DNA from: Tubulanus polymorphus
Lineage: Eukaryota; Animalia; Nemertea
DNA: 64,000 bases
Reading direction: 5' to 3'
NCBI RefSeq assembly: GCF_964204645.1
Contig: NC_134025.1
Location: 11,222,001 to 11,286,000, forward strand
Shown here: positions 1-11,954 of the stretch, piece by piece
How positions within the stretch are numbered: the first letter of the stretch is position 1
Layout: each line of letters starts with the position of its first letter
Position numbers and translations under genes: made by a program
The notes under the pieces: generated by a model
The model's input: the letters and a program-made list of their open reading frames with translations, nothing else
What the model was told of the DNA's origin: nothing
The model's database searches: none

Positions 1-183
1 CTCCACAAGAAGATGTTAGAAACCGAGTTCGACCTACTGGAAGAGAGCAACATAACACGCGATCACTCGGAGACGATTTGGCCCGGGCCAAATTGCAATA
101 TATCGGGCCCGAATCGAACAGGCGAGGGCCCATCATCTGGCACCCGTGTGGACAGTTGTTCTGGACCAAAAACGCTTGTGTGA
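1..183 (+). CDS. possible 3' end of a neighbouring coding exon (unidentified)
   Basis: Frame 1 is open from the window edge: LHKKMLETEFDLLEESNITRDHSETIWPGPNCNISGPNRTGEGPSSGTRVDSCSGPKTLV*. GC-richer than the AT-rich DNA that follows. No recognisable domain, and frame 3 is also open to 275. Confidence 0.2.
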   Translation, partial: LHKKMLETEFDLLEESNITRDHSETIWPGPNCNISGPNRTGEGPSSGTRVDSCSGPKTLV

Positions 184-3100
184 TCGCGGCCTCATCGACG
201 TATTTACAAGCGCAGTGCAATTTCACTGCACACAAGGACTTCCGGTTCTTCGGTCGATCGAAAGAACCAATTTAAGATGAAACAAAGGTGCATCTATAAA
301 AATGAAATGTATAATGCTACAGGTCATTTGGCAAAGCATGATACAATCTTCACTGAGCCTATTTATATACTAGTGTTATTCCGGTGATGAAGTCGGTTGG
401 CGGTGACTTACATCTACGAGTAACTATGGTTGAGATGGTTGCTTGTAGGTAACAATGGATTGAGATGTACTAAATACTGATGTCGCATTAGACTAAAACC
501 CCGATCTTGTAAATGCCTTGACTTAAACTCAACTTATGAATCATTGTAACGTAATTGCAGTAGTTTGAAAGTAATATCGACGCAATGAATTACGTAATGA
601 AATATACAAAAAAATACAGTATTGAATTGCATTGAAGTGCCTTGCAAAAGTTCCTTGCCCGAGTCGGATCATGCGATTTACGAACGGCAAATTCAGCTGA
701 AGAATAATTGTCAAAAATCCGTCTATGTGTTTTCTTAAGTTTCTTTTAGCAGGAATTGCATTACACTAGCATTTTGGTGTCAGGAGTCACAGTTTGTTTT
801 TTTTTTATTCATAACCCGCTAAAGCTTTTTTGTTTGGATCCGTTTTCCAGAAATCTGCAAAAATAATTTTTCTAGTCTTCCCGCGCGTTTTCATCACAAA
901 TTTTCAATTAGAAAGATTATGTCAGTTACGTGATTATTTAGATATACTAGTAACTTGCAAAAGTTATGTTCGTTTTAATTCTTAATCTCGTGATTCCCAT
1001 AAAAGTTAGATTTCTTTCATTTCTCCTATCATTTAAATCGAAAATCAACACAAATTTGATTTATTTTTTATTTTTTTTCTGCAGCCCCTGCGAGGTCCTA
1101 TGTGGAAAAAATTAAAACAATGAAAAAGTTTTACTTAATTTGTTCACGTTCCCTTCCAATTTTAAACGCTTATCACAACTTTTTCAAAATTTTACAATTT
1201 TTTAGTATTTTTTTCCCCTTCACCCTCCTATTTTTTCCTTCAAAAAGATCCATACTCAATTAAAATCCGTACTCAATGATCCATAAAAAGGCTGCTAAGT
1301 AGTGGTGTTAGTCGACACCATGAACCTTGATATGCTCCAGCACCATGGCGCCGAAAGAATACAAATTCAATCCAATCAAATTCAAATATATTTAGTTCAC
1401 CACTCGTTTATATGAAAAGCTATTCATTATAAATATATCTTAGCGTTTAAATGTGTACACGGTTGAGAAAAGCATTTATTTGTATCAGTCGATCTAGTCA
1501 GAAGAGAAATCATAAGCAACTTCTGGCGAAAAGGTTTACAAACGCTACTACGCCTGTTTACTTAGGAAATAGTCAACTATAGCAACTGAATCCACACGAG
1601 AAAATATACAACTGCGCGATATATATTACGCCTGTTTAACTGATTATAAATTAATCAACGAATTGGCGCCACTTAAGTTCGCGGTTGTTGTAGCCGAGGG
1701 TCTATTTTGAATTTGTGTATCTGTCTAACGAGATACACAGTTTGAAGTGCTGCTCGGCCATCAGAGATCGAGTCGATTATTTCGCCCGGGTGGTCAACGC
1801 TACACGGAGGATCAGGTTGCACCGGATTACCAGCGAAAGATTATCTAAATACGTCGGTTTATTGTGGCTGTGGGCCCGGCGTTGTCAGCTCGATGGAATC
1901 GATTGTGCGCGCAGGACTTACGGGACAAATGGGGCGCTCTCGGAGAAGTGAAGAGGCTATTGCCGTCGAGTGTATCGTCACCTGTGTGAACGCAGCAACA
2001 ATGGCCCGGCAGATTTGGGTAAACACGGCCAGTATTTCGAGACTGGGAAAACGGCAAACCAAATATTTAAATGCATTGATTGAAAACTCTGATCGACAAT
2101 GCATAATGCACTCCGATTGTAAAACCAAGAAGTTGAAGTATCTTTTGCCGGGAATGAATGGCCACTTGATGCCGTTTCGTTAGTTAATACCAACACCTTT
2201 TCAATGGTTTATGTCAACGCTTCTTTCTGTGGTTTAATCCCCGTTCCCTTGTTCGAGCGTAGCGTTACTTCAAAAACGTCTTTAAATGCGTGCAAATTAG
2301 GCGCCATTCACGGCATCGACGCCATGAATACCGCGTTCTTTGTGGAGACGCTTTCAAAGAACGCAATTAAATGTGGCTGTACTGTTCGCGACCGCCCAAT
2401 AAATTCGCTGTAATTCATCTCCCTTTCAAACGGAAATCAACCACCTGGAGAAGACGAGAATGCGCTGACAATGGTCGATACTTGAGTTAAAACCCCCTGG
2501 AATTTCAACTTGTTCACTGTTTGTTAGACATTGACGACCAAAAAGCTAGGAAAAAAACGGAGCAGAGCCATTATCGCCTGCCTATACATTTCAAATTGCT
2601 TTTATTGCTGCCGATATCGTATTTCACAGATTAAATTGAACATGTATTTGATAGATCATTATACGCAATACTGGAATCGACCGCGTTGACTCACTCTGCC
2701 TATATAAAAGCTACAGCTGTCGAAAAAAAAAACATTGAAATGAAAAAGCACATTGTAATCATGTCATAAAAGAGAGCTCGAATGAAGCTGCCAGTAAAAT
2801 ACTACAAAACAAAACTGCTAAAGATGGCCGTAAACATAGAATGCATATGTATAAATATAACCGTTTTCAAATGTGCAAATTCTAAATCTCATATCATAGT
2901 ACATGTACTTTTCTACTCCGACTTTTTAAAAAAATGCTCGACTTATGCTAAATACCCGTACGTTGTATCGGGTTGGGATGATAAATATTTCATAATATCC
3001 GACGCGTAAAAGCTAATATCATGATATCAATCCTGCAACCGTTAACAGACTATTTCCATTCACACATTCTAGCGAATTATGGCGATGTCCGCCTCTCCCT

Positions 3101-3474
3101 TACACGCGCCGGATCTTGATATGAAAGCTAGACTATATATATGTACATTTATCTTTATGGACGGATGGTTTATGCAAATGAAGCTTTGCATATTTGATGT
3201 TATTGCGTGTGCGAATTTTCTATACGACTTGCTTCCAGTATATGGGTAAATTATCCGACTGTTCTATCGCATTGGTTTCATATTATTCCTCCACTGATTA
3301 ATTCATGACCCGTGTGTGTTTGTCTCATTGTTGTTCGAAATGTTAGAACGTTTGTTTCGACGTCCCATGCGTCGTGTGACGTGGTTTTACGCGAAAACGG
3401 TATTCGACGGCGTGGTTCGTGTGGGAAGTGTATGATACAGCCCGCTCTGGGCAAAAATGACGTTTTTTTCTCGT

Positions 3475-3720
3475 AATTCAATTCAATTCAATTCAATGTT
3501 TATTCATCATAAAATCTTTCACGATTGTGGACGATATAAAAGGTGTACACAGAAAATATGATGTATAAATTCGTACATAGAGTAGTAATGAAAAAGACTG
3601 AAATAAACATTAATGCAAGTACCATGTTTGATTTTTACTCGGAGAAGGTGGATATGGAATTAGATATACAAGGCCTCAAACCCTTGATGTACAAATTTGC
3701 CAACATTTTGGTGAATTAAT
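3475..3720 (-). mobile_element. retroposon 3' tail (AATAAA + (GAATT)n)
   Basis: Plus-strand (AATTC)4 followed by TTTATT (3499-3504) and an A-rich body; the 5' boundary is approximate. Confidence 0.5.
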
Positions 3721-5356
3721 TATGTAATGAAATCACAGCAGTCGCGGTCTTAACAACATACAGCAAAAATAGAGTCAGTACAAAGCAGAGATAGCCATCC
3801 GCAATAATGCACATACTACTTCTGATGTTTTTAGATTCGGCCTCCAGTTCACTAGTACCGGGTAAGATATCGTTATCTATGGATAGATGATATGACGTAT
3901 CGCGTATATCGAACGCCGGGACGCCACCCCATCCACAAATTAGATCCACTTTAGTAAATGCCTGCCAGTTTCAGGATCATTAAACGATCTACGCCAATTC
4001 TATTAGCGCAACCGTTTGTTCAAATTCGAGTTGACAAGTAGAAAAGACTCGTTCAATTCACATTTCCTCGGGGATTGGCCATCTCGTCGTATTTCGTTGC
4101 AGCTTGCCGGCGAATCAACCGTAAAATGCATTTAGAACATTTTGAGATTGTTAAAACAATTATATTATACCACTGTAGGAAGATATTACCTTATCCGTCA
4201 ATAACGCCTGAATTGCCCAGTCGAGGATGACACCAACGCACCGCACCACTGACACTATCGTCGCGGCACTAATGGCTTCTCTTGACATCGAGTCAGCATA
4301 TTCGGAAGAACTGTTTTAACGCCGGGCACATACGGCGTAATTTTACGGATAGTTATATGACGGATTGGTGTCGAAAGATCCCGAACGCGGCGAAAAGCAT
4401 CCATTTGTCGATTTACCTCATCGATATCTGTCAAAGTGCCTTTTCCGTCTGGCTCATTTTGAGATAATCCATGTACACATGCGTGCACACCTGGCTACTG
4501 TCTGGCAAATACCAAAACCTATGCCGAAAAATCCGATTAGAAAAAAAGTCTATTGAAGGAATATGTACATTTCTATCAGGTCTGACTCTATCACCATGAA
4601 TTATAGATGATTCGTAACTTTCGACTATAACTATACCGCCCTCACCTCTCATAGCAATTCAAATAACTTGTTTCTGTTTTTGTATATACTGGTATGGAAA
4701 ACTTTGCAGAACTATAAGCAAGAAGCCAATGGGCCTTGAAGCTTCTGATGTTATAAATTTAAGTCGATGTTACCAAATTACAGCAGATATCGGGTTTGTC
4801 GAAGAGGAGTAACTAAAGATTTAGTCAAAACGAAAATTGTATTGTCCATATATGACCTTTTCGCGGTGACGAGCATATCCGACATGAACTCAAGTTTGAG
4901 TGTTACGACTTCTTTCTTCTCTACAACCCCAACATGCAACAAATGGATAAAACTTCCAGATTCTATCTTCCTCTGTTTAAATTTGGAACTATTCAATCAA
5001 ATTTCATTCTCTCGATAAAAATTTGATTAATAAAAAATGCTTCGTGAAACGATTTCCTGACTTAAAGAAGGCGAATTACGATTTTTACTAATTTTGCGTA
5101 CATATGGCATCGGACGTTTATTTTGTCGATTTAAGGGTGACGTGAATTCGAGTCAAATCAAAAGCCGAGGTGACCACATCACCGAAGCTATGCACATTTG
5201 AGATTTGCGTTCTATCGGATGTCTGTCTCCGGAGGTGGTTCCTCTTCTGGCTCTTCGGTTTATGGCGGATCTGATGGATCAATACTTGTCGGAACCCCTA
5301 CAGAAATAGAATCTAAGACTGATCTATCAATTTTCATTCATAATCTTCATTTATCA

Positions 5357-5404
5357 GGTTTACCATGGACCCTAAAACCCTTCGTTAAGAGTCCATGGTT
5401 TTAA
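5357..5404. mobile_element. 34-bp degenerate footprint, same family as 20491-20527
   Basis: GGTTTAC | CATGGACCCTAAAACCCTTCGTTAAGAGTCCATG | GTTTTAA (TSD 5/7). Confidence 0.5.
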
Positions 5405-6099
5405 TGTGATCGAAATAAAGTGAACATGATGGTCTTACGTAATATGGATTTTCATTAATCTTGTTCAATTTGAACTATCGTAGGTAGGGAAGAATGGTTC
5501 CTTCAGGAACGTACGCCTTTGTCTAGTCGCAAAATCCGGACAGTGGTGGTTACGTTATCAAAGCTCATCCGATACAACAAACCTATTGGCATCTTCATTC
5601 AGATGCCCATGCAAACAAGTACATGACGTGTATATAACAATATTCACAACAATAAGTTTCTTCACTATTTCTTTTCAAGTCATACAGAAAAATACAGTAC
5701 ACGCACTGATGGATATGTAGCTGCGCAGTGGAATGCTTACCAATCTCCGGATCTCGGAACGGAACTCGGGTTTCAGTGGGCAGGAATCAGGGTAGCTCCA
5801 TACGTTATTCATACACTTCATTTTGCCAAGTCCCCCAAAGATGTGGCAAACATGACAGGCGTAGATTTACCGTCAAACCTATCTCACCTTCAAATATAGT
5901 TTACTTACAAAGATGTGAATATACAAATTGTTATACCTGTTATCACCGGCCTTTTCTCACAATACGATTTAGTAACATGGTGTTTTTTTTCTCCCGTCGT
6001 AAATTTTTGATGTTTTTCTTTCATTGGATGCTAACGCTCAGCGGACAGTATGCTTTGTTAGGCCGGCGTGGTTTGTATATTCTCTTTTTTTAAATATGC

Positions 6100-6475
6100 C
6101 TAATTGATATTGAACATTGAAATGAGTTCCGTATCCATCACTCGGCAACTCCCTCAGTTATTGCACATTGTAAGACTTGGCGTTGCTCAATCAATCCGTA
6201 TCTGCCCTCAGTGTAAAGTTACCGACGACGACATTTTCTTCTATACTGTAAACTTCACGATAATCCAAGAATCAAATACAACAATCAAATCAAACCTATA
6301 TATACTTTTCATGCGGCCTTCATTGAAGCAAACAAACCAATTTTCTTGAATATATCAATAATTTCATAGCATGGATTTATAGATATCACTTCGAGAATAA
6401 TGTATGTATATTTATTTGTCACTTTTTCGTTCATTTGAGAATCGATTTATGATGAATAAGATGAATTTGAATTTC
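6100..6475 (+). mobile_element. LINE ORF2 C-terminal (CCHC zinc knuckle) and 3' tail remnant
   Basis: RICPQCKV..DD then, after a frameshift, HFLLYCKLHDNPR, matching the RxCxxC...HFLxxC motif of LINE ORF2. Followed by an AT-rich UTR ending GAATAAGATGAATTTGAATTT. Confidence 0.6.
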
Positions 6476-8894
6476 TAATTAGTTTCTACCATCCCACATA
6501 ACGGTCATCATTTAGTGGTTACTTTTAGTCATGTAGTATGCATGGATATTTGATTGAATTCTATAATACCTATCAAGCGAATGCATGACAATATTTGACA
6601 ATCATTCTCCCCGGTGTGATACCCAAGACGTCTTATGTATCCTCTAGAGACGGCCAGCTGTCCCACAAACCCGGGCCGTTATGATTGATCCCTGCTATCG
6701 TCTTACTAGATGCTAGAGGTATTCGCGTGTTAGTTCAGAAATGAAATAATAATATCGGCTTGCATGATGATTTTCCGAGTATTGTCCTGCTGATGAAAAC
6801 CCGACACCTAAGCTGAAACGCTTCCTCCACTCGTTACCCGCTGGGGCTTTTCACTCGCGCACCGGATCGATGGCGCACGCAACCGAGCGCACGAGTATCC
6901 CTGAAATTCCCTAGCTGGCCGAAGAACGATTTTAATTACGTTCGGTGAATTATTTATATCGTATACGGTCCGGGGTGTTTTTCAACGCTCATCACTTCCG
7001 CAATTGATGCATCGTAAACAATATTGAGTGAAATCAACCGACGCCTAAAGTGAATGGAAGCGCAGAATACTATACGCACTTTTCCCGGATTGTCCTGCCA
7101 GTCAACCAAGTGCCGATCGTTTTCCTAATGAAGAAATCGATGAGGTTTGAGAAGAAAAACTGAATGCACTCCTTCTTGAAATCGAATTTGACAATTCGGG
7201 CCATGGCTCAGTTACTCGTGATCACCAAGAACACCTAGTCGTTGGCAAACCTCATTCTCCGTCGGACACCGTGTGCTTTGAAATCACGACTTTCAGGGAG
7301 ACTGACAATTACAAAAAATGTTGCTTGTTTAAAAATACGCTGGACCTACTAATTCTACAGGTTTATCGCCCTCATGTCGTATTGTTGCAAATTTGATAAA
7401 TGAATTTTGCATAACTGATCAAACGGTTTGAATGCTGCCAGTTGTCGAAATCCATCTTTGGTCCGATGAAATATGATAAACACACATCACAAATGGTTTT
7501 TAAGGAAAGAGAAAAAAACGACCCAACAATACAGGACAAAAGTACCCTAACAAAATGCAACTGTAAAATGGTCTATCGTGTTGAAAATTGTAGGTCGCTT
7601 GTACCACGTGCAGAAACAATCATGTCGACGATAGAAAACAACTTTGTTGTCAATCACAAAAAAGGATGGATTCAAAAAATCGGGATCATTAGTCATTGCA
7701 ATAGTAATTGAGTTACCGGACAATGATGACAACCGCGTTGAACATACCGACTTAGCAAAACCTATTGTCACATATCACACTCTGATTTGCCCTCAATTTG
7801 TAACTATGAAAATAATCCGCGACCGACATTGCCGCGTTGAGTACGCTAAGCTACTTACGTTCGGTCGGAGGCCTCTCTATCGCCGCCGAATAAAAGATTG
7901 GGTCACGCCATCATCAGCATTTACTTATACGCGAAGCTTACGAAAAACAGTCAGCATTTGCGCGCGCGATATTATCCCAGAAAATTCCCCGAGTCCGATA
8001 AAAAACGAGGCTCGTCAATTGTTTCAATCCGTAGGAAAATCGTGCAGTGCGGCTTACCGGTTAGCGTGCCAGCGTTCGGTGGCATACCATTAACGTGAGT
8101 GGTCGGTGATGAGGCGACGGATTAGGTTGACATTAAGAAGGATCACCGGAACGTTATACTACCGCCGAATATCTAATCATTTTGATGGCGGATCGTATTT
8201 TTCTATCATCGACGACCGCGATAGAAAAAAAGATGAAAACCCCGTATTGGTTGCAGTCGCCCCCGAAAAGTGGATAGACGGATATTCGGGGCGGATTTAA
8301 AAAATACCGAAGACGCGCGTGCGCTGAAAAACCGACACAACAGGGTTACGTTCCGAAGAGTGAGCGAAGCTAAGCGGATTGGGGTTGCATTTCACAAATT
8401 AAGATGGCTATACGTGTGTTTTCAAGTTGCCGGGAATCGACGGTCGAGGATGCGAACGATTTCGCGATCGCTCATCGGCGATAAAAGCGTCTTTTATTTT
8501 CGACATTAATATTTCAAAGCCTATCACCGATGACGGAACGCTGATGGGTTGTTCACACTCGAAAGTAATGGATTTTCCGCATGGGTCTGATCAATACGCG
8601 CTGACACGCTGCGCGACGAAAGCGAAAACGGCTTTCTTCATCCGCTTTTGGTACGGACAGATGGGATTAGTCGATATTCGATTCGATTTTATTGTATGTT
8701 TTCGTCCTTAAAACTATGGGACTGTGGGAGATATCAAGGGGACATTCGCTTCACGGCATACAGCGCCCGTTCGATGATAATATTTCGTTTTTACGTTCGA
8801 ACGACAATGCCGAATGAAAATAGCCGCCATCAAATTTGGTCCGTGTCAAATTTGGCCGAAATAACTGTTCACACGGGCGCAAAAACGCCAAATT

Positions 8895-9335
8895 AGAGAG
8901 CCTGATCCATGCCCCTTCGAACATCCTCCAAATTCTTGGGCTATCCAACCTCTCTAATCTGACCCTGAGCCACCCCTGCCACCACTTTTTCCAATCCCTT
9001 ATATCCTCACTTTAAGTACTTTTGATAATGCTTAAATACTCACAAGCTCTTCTATCTACCTAGCAAACTCCCCAATATTGTATCTTGCTCCACTTTTTAG
9101 TGTGCACAACAGGTCTGCAACAGCACACGTCTACTTCTACATTGTTGGCCCAACAATATTTGATGTAAATCTCATCCTGCCAAAGATCCTGAAGTTCAAT
9201 TCTAATCTTCCTAAGTCCCAGTGGTAACAGCGGGCTCCATGTAATATGTACTCATCTATTCCCATACTCCTAGATCTTAGTTCTATATGTCTTGTCTGCC
9301 AATAGATAATAGACTGCCTGAACACGCTACATGGT
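8895..9335 (-). mobile_element. old LINE fragment, probably ORF1 end / APE endonuclease start
   Basis: CpG-poor, purine-skewed island within CpG-rich flanks. Frameshifted translation GYK(W)IGKSGGRGGSG resembles the APE GY.W....R.GG motif. Confidence 0.35.
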
Positions 9336-10404
9336 GTCGCAGCCCTTATCATTAAGAAAAAGATCAATGATAATTTTCGACCCCCTACCATTTTCAAAAA
9401 CGTGGAAAGGCCTAATCTTTAATCTTTGCGATGAAAGATAAAGATAAATATGATTGTGACTGTCCGCACCGGCCTGTCCCACTGTTGCATTTCAATTTCC
9501 AGAACTAGTTTTTAGACGTATCGATCCAATGTTTTCAAACATGCTACCAAAAAGATACAAGATTAACTATGCCACTCGGTGTTGTTTTATATATTTTCAT
9601 TAATATCTGATTTGCATACATCAGTGAAAAGTTGGTTCGAAATGTGGAAGGAATCGATGCGCGAATGACTATTACATGCCAAACTGGTTGATTTGCATCA
9701 AAGTGGTATCCACGATTGCCGGGACCCCATTATGGTGTTTTATTTTTCAAATCAAATCAGCTATCCTTTTAACATTAAGTACCGCAGATTTATACGATGA
9801 CTGTTTTTTGTTTTTGTGTTTTTTCGGCTCATACTGGTGACATCATCATCGCACTACAACACCGGAAGTGAGTGCAAAGCAGCTGCGCGCTTACACCTCT
9901 GCGCATGTTTGCTTCCCCGCGGTTGTTCAGGTTTATAATGACGCTACCCCCGACGCGGCAACTTTCCACCAGACCGTACGCAGCGTACGAACTCGGCTTT
10001 GTCTCGTTAGTCGAGATGCTGAGCGATGACATTCGTTTTTTACCCGATAGAATAACAAGCTCGCAGCGCATCCTCGTTTGCGATCCATAGCCGAATGCGG
10101 AGTGTCCGAAACAAATTGTCATTGAGCGCATAGAAAGTCGCCGACCTCCTGTCGACAATAGGCTGCAATAACGCGTGGCATACTGCGCAGTTTCACGCGT
10201 ATCATACCTTTCCAAAAAATAGATTGAATTTACACGGCAATAGAAACCGGAAACGCGGCGTTTATTCTGCGTATCGAGGGTTCAATACCTGTAATAGCAA
10301 TGATTCGGTGTCGTCAAATTGCATTAGCTTCATATATCAATTTACAAACCAAACATTATTGAAAAAACTTCGATAACATTTTTTAAAACGTTGCCTTTCT
10401 GTCT

Positions 10405-10964
10405 CTGACACTTTTTTGGTAAATCTAATACTTTCTCGCTCCCTCGTAGTATGAATACTGAGCTTTTGGAGATTATGAAATATTAAATCGATCTTCATTT
10501 TAATGTGTATCGATCGCCTTAATTAAAATCTAGGGAAGCGTTTACTGTTTTGATATAAATTCTAGAATTTTATTTCCTTTGTCTAATACGTGGGAAGTAC
10601 ATGTGATTGTGTCATGCCAAGAACCAATTTTGTCGAGCAGCTGCGATGTACGTATCAAAAACGTCGTAAAGTTACGAGGTTATGAACAATACGACGCCTG
10701 TATGTAAGTCAATATTCTGACACTTTTTTTATCAATCAAGTAATTTCCCATTTCCCTGAAGTCTGAATACTGAGTTTCGGCGAAAGGAGAACATGAAATG
10801 AATCTTTCATTTTTGCTATCAATCGACACTCAAATAGGAAAACATTTTCTGTTTCGATGAAAATTCTGAATTGTTGTAACGTTATGTGGGAGGTATATAT
10901 AGTTGTGTCGGGCCAAAAACCAGTTGTTGATCAGTGCCGATGTACGTATCAAAAACGTCATAAA
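10405..10964. repeat. diverged local tandem duplication (~310-bp period)
   Basis: 10405-10670 vs 10717-10964, colinear: CTGACACTTTTTT, TGAATACTGAG, and an identical 22-mer CGATGTACGTATCAAAAACGTC. Confidence 0.8.
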
Positions 10965-11733
10965 TTGTAGTTATATATCGAGAAATACACGAGAAGTCAC
11001 CATTCGCCATATTCGGAATTGTTTGTGCGTCACTCGAAGGTAAGATGGATCCCTTCTTGTTCATGTTCGAGGCCCGACTGCTGCCGCCACCTTCGCAAGT
11101 CGTATTCTTTCGTGACCCTATCGCGTTTACAGACTATAATATAAGACGGCGATGGTGTTGGTTGTTGGCCCAGGAAAACCATCGATCATTCAAATCGATG
11201 AACTTATATATACGATCAATCATTCTCAGTGTCAGCGGTGACAGAACAGAGCAACATGTGATAAAACTGATATTTAATATAACTGCACGATATCTGTTGT
11301 TGCGAATTGTCTTCGACAATGTGTCGCCGTTTTCTGCGTAACACGTTGTCTCGTTGGCGCGTATCTTATAAAACGATGTATTTTTTATGTGGCATGCGAC
11401 TTAATTGCCAACAGCTAAAAGGACGAAGATGTTTTTATTGGCGTAACACGTGTTTTTGACAGTTCGTCAAAATAGTGTTTGAAATACTGCAAGTTATTAA
11501 TCATACTTGTATACGGGATCTGTCTTTAGCTGCTATACAAAATGCTTGTGTTGTAGTTCGTGCTTTTTTCTAAGAAAATCTTTTATTGAATATCAGATAC
11601 CTGTTACACTCTAAATAGTCATTTGATATTTCACGACGGTTAATATTTTGTCAATGATCTGACCTACAATAACCAAGTCCAGGGTGAAGATTCAAACTCA
11701 CGTTCAAATATCAGTAAGGCAGGTATGCAAAGG

Positions 11734-11785
11734 GTTCTACCTTGGAGTAATCATGACGTGTCAAATGATTACTCCAAGGTTCTAC
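11734..11785. mobile_element. 38-bp palindromic transposon footprint with 7-bp TSD
   Basis: GTTCTAC | CTTGGAGTAATCAT GACGTGTCAA ATGATTACTCCAAG | GTTCTAC. A solo right end AAATGATTACTCCAAG recurs at about 35158-35173. Confidence 0.75.
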
Positions 11786-11904
11786 TAATGAGTTCATACT
11801 AATGAGTCAGAATTTTCTGATATCGGGTAATAAGCCCTAATGTCATTGGAGTGGGACGGGACAGGGAAGGTTCTGATGATTTGAAAAAAACACGCGATTT
11901 CTAC

Positions 11905-11954
11905 GTTAGCCCATGGACGTATTTAGTTTATACGTCCAGTTATTCTGGTTAGCC
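11905..11954. mobile_element. 36-bp footprint with 7-bp TSD
   Basis: GTTAGCC | CATGGACGTATTTAGTTTATACGTCCAGTTATTCTG | GTTAGCC. Confidence 0.6.

Noticed and set aside
1715-2413. Cluster of overlapping short ORFs
   Set aside because: No domain similarity and no consistent frame; more likely GC-richer non-coding DNA.
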